Positions 62,601 to 64,000 of a DNA stretch of 64,000 bases are shown one piece after another; position 1 is the stretch's first letter, and the number at the start of each line of letters is the position of its first letter. The notes under the pieces are model-generated. The model had not been told where the DNA came from. It saw only the letters and a program-made list of their open reading frames with translations, and did not search any database. This stretch comes from an uncultured bacterium (GTDB lineage Bacteria; Babelota; Babeliae; Babelales; Babelaceae), in contig CAWGPQ010000008.1 in NCBI GenBank assembly GCA_963824495.1, positions 1 to 64,000 of the forward strand. Reading direction: 5' to 3'. Made by a program: the position numbers and the translations under genes.

Positions 62601-63074
62601 CTCGAGCCATCGCTCAGCCTCTTGTGTATTATTGTGCATGAGCAGCTGAGGTATATGCCCACCTAAACAAGCGCTTGTTACGATAAGCCCTTCGGCGTGA
62701 GCTTCAAGCATACGGTAATCGATACGAGGCTTAAAATAAAAGCCGTCAGTATAAGCAAATGCAATAAGCTTGCATAAGTTTTTATAGCCTTGTGCGTTTT
62801 CTACCAAGATAATCAGGTGATAATATTTATTCTCAGCATCTTTAACACGCGCATCTTCAGTAAGATATGCTTCCATACCCAGCACAGGCTTAATACCCGC
62901 TTTTTTTGCTTGCTGAAAAAACTTAACAGCACCGAATATATTACCATGATCAGTGATAGCAAGTGCTTTCATCTGATGCTGCTTGCCAAAAGCAATTAAG
63001 CGATCAAGCGTAATCGCTCCGTCGAGTAACGAAAAGTCAGTATGTAAATGTAAGTTAGTAAAATGCTGTGACAT
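59646..63074 (-). CDS. dnaE: DNA polymerase III subunit alpha
   Basis: HLHTDFSLLDG, GPGRGSAAGS, PDIDIDF, YGFNKSH; ATG 63074. Confidence 0.97.
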   Translation of the reverse strand: MSQHFTNLHLHTDFSLLDGAITLDRLIAFGKQHQMKALAITDHGNIFGAVKFFQQAKKAGIKPVLGMEAYLTEDARVKDAENKYYHLIILVENAQGYKNLCKLIAFAYTDGFYFKPRIDYRMLEAHAEGLIVTSACLGGHIPQLLMHNNTQEAERWLEWYLRVFGRERFYLEVQPPDQADQKILNEKLFALSEHKNIKCVATGDSHYVNPEDREAHEVMLSIQTHHKLTDPDRFTFGNCRVHIRTAEEMLEIFKDHPDAVWTSGEIADRCNFQFETGKLFFPQFDIPQGCTHESYFAELCQQGLDKLLQAGRIDSKLEHSYRDRLKLEIELIIKMGFIGYFLVVGDFIQWARNNRIPVGPGRGSAAGSLVAWALQITDIDPLKYNLLFERFLNPERISMPDIDIDFCIEGRDKVIQYVRQRYGHDKVCQIITFGTMMAKGVIKDVARVLGFPFEDSNALTDLIPDQLKITLKEALEQEPKLKELITNNPQVGKLFDLALRLEGITRHASKHAAGIVISPEPISDMLPVYVPPKSTDLVTQYAMTELESLGFLKMDFLGLKNLTLIQRSVDLMAKNHGVVIDITMLPLDDAITFALLGRGDTSGVFQLESDGLKEVLRRLQPSTFEDIIAVNALYRPGPLGSGMVDDFIERRHGRQKISYLLPELESVLQETYGVIVYQEQVMKIASLIAGYSLGESDILRRAMGKKKADVMAEQKALFVERACTRNFNEKKAGELFDLMAYFAGYGFNKSHSAAYALIAYQTAYLKANYPAEFMACLISLEAADAEKMAFYIKEAKDMRLTVLPPDINLSDVIFSVVNGNLRFGLHGIKNVGTAALDDILQEREKNGVFTDLLGFCSRVDLRTCNKRVIESLIYAGALDQLPGNRAQKHDELSKIMDRALEKKRAALTGQMGLFELSQESDGKQPEERYYFAERAEWPPNLRLEKEKEVIGLYISEQPLDTYTRYFAWLNITSLREAASVTGLVICCGIVKQSKIITTKKGDKMAFMAIEDSTSKAEVIIFPKVLSSLGTLLDEHTIFLIKGFVDPESAALCKIKAQELIPIDHVIREGRGIASISLQLPETITDQALHDIKNALKGGPSSFFLLFSEHNKKLKLSSRTKIAFTPELVQAVERYALTMRLEL

Positions 63075-63293
63075 GAAAATCCGGTAATTGCTCAAATAGA
63101 GTGAAAGTTCTTACGGTAATGTTACGTTTAGTATAGCACAAAAATGTACTCGAGATTGCTTATACACGCACGTCCGCCAGGACATCAAATAAATTTTATT
63201 TTTCTTTTTATCGACAAATAAAATTATACTTGTTAAGCTTACATTATTAGTGTTGCCATTGAATAATATAATTTATAATAAGGCGTATGTTTT

Positions 63294-63965
63294 ATGCATT
63301 CAAATCGAACAACTACTCTACGCACTATATACACCACTCAACAAGCTCTGACTATGACAACAGGAATAGTACTCTTTACATTGAGTTCGTACGGGCAAAG
63401 TTCAGTTTCTGAGGCTCAATATGAGCAATGGAAAAAAGATAAGCAAGAGAGATGGCATACCCATGCTATCACGAATGCTTTAAAACAGCAGGAAGATTTG
63501 CTGCTTGATGTATCTTATGGCCTTGAGCGCTCTAAAAGTATTCTAGGCTTTACTGAAGCAATTTGTGCCTATAATTACCTACGAGAACTACACACCAAAG
63601 ACCCTCTGCTTCCTCAAGTGGCTACAACCGTACGTTCTATCGATACAGATTGGTTGAGCAGAGTTGATTATCTTATATGGCAAGACCTCAAGCAAGAATA
63701 TTGGAAATATAAAGATATTACTACTTTCTCGAAGAAACAGCTTAATTTAATATTTGACATACTAACTGCCCAACGCTTTTTGCAAGAAGATCCAAAAAAT
63801 AGCACGCAACAAAGAAATATTCTTTACGCTTATAATTTCTTACGTGAACTCTTTGGTCTATCTACCAGCACTTGCTTTTCTGCTCTTGATGCAACCTGGC
63901 TTCAAGCCGTATACAAAAAACTTGCTTATCGTGCTCTTATTAGAAGAATACTACAACCCGTTTAA
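63294..63965 (+). CDS. Hypothetical secreted protein with an internal repeat
   Basis: Hydrophobic N-terminus; AYNYLREL...DTDWL and AYNFLREL...DATWL. Confidence 0.65.
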   Translation: MHSNRTTTLRTIYTTQQALTMTTGIVLFTLSSYGQSSVSEAQYEQWKKDKQERWHTHAITNALKQQEDLLLDVSYGLERSKSILGFTEAICAYNYLRELHTKDPLLPQVATTVRSIDTDWLSRVDYLIWQDLKQEYWKYKDITTFSKKQLNLIFDILTAQRFLQEDPKNSTQQRNILYAYNFLRELFGLSTSTCFSALDATWLQAVYKKLAYRALIRRILQPV

Positions 63966-64000
63966 GGTAACACAGCCTATAACACCTGCCGTTAAGCCAA

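Noticed and set aside
1..64000. CRISPR array, rRNA, prophage, retron/DGR or known defence system
   Set aside because: No regularly spaced repeats, rRNA, phage structural genes, reverse transcriptase or cas genes were recognised

Overview
Bacterial chromosomal window that best fits a host-associated Dependentiae (TM6/Babeliae)-like organism. This is inferred from the many signal-peptide ankyrin proteins, reduced operons and a Cys-rich beta-barrel protein. Housekeeping genes (GlyRS fragment, ktrAB, ppsA, pheS, rpmH-rnpA, trxB, tig-like, tsf-frr, rplU, spoVG, rsmH, murF, acpP, fabD-like, gltX, rpmF, dprA, gyrA, PIN-PhoH, dnaE, four tRNAs) are interleaved with lineage-specific secreted proteins and three defective IS copies (two IS5, one IS982). 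The first ~260 bp look like a nanopore artefact: an adapter remnant and a ligA fragment joined to a 5'-truncated GlyRS. Several homopolymer frameshifts may therefore be errors. The best leads are: (1) a tandem, recombining three-gene array of secreted Ser-hydrolase + Pro-linker + variable coiled-coil proteins (36.2-43.7 kb); (2) an ORF-less ~385-bp hairpin-rich element with IS200/IS605 (IscB/omegaRNA-like) ends (1243-1628); (3) ankyrin paralogs with an F-box/PRANC-like tail; (4) a secreted family, two members of which end in HDEL-like HEEL/HGEL; (5) a ~42-Cys outer-membrane protein; (6) a FabD lacking its catalytic residues; (7) a truncated ftsK junction. All calls are by eye; no searches were run.
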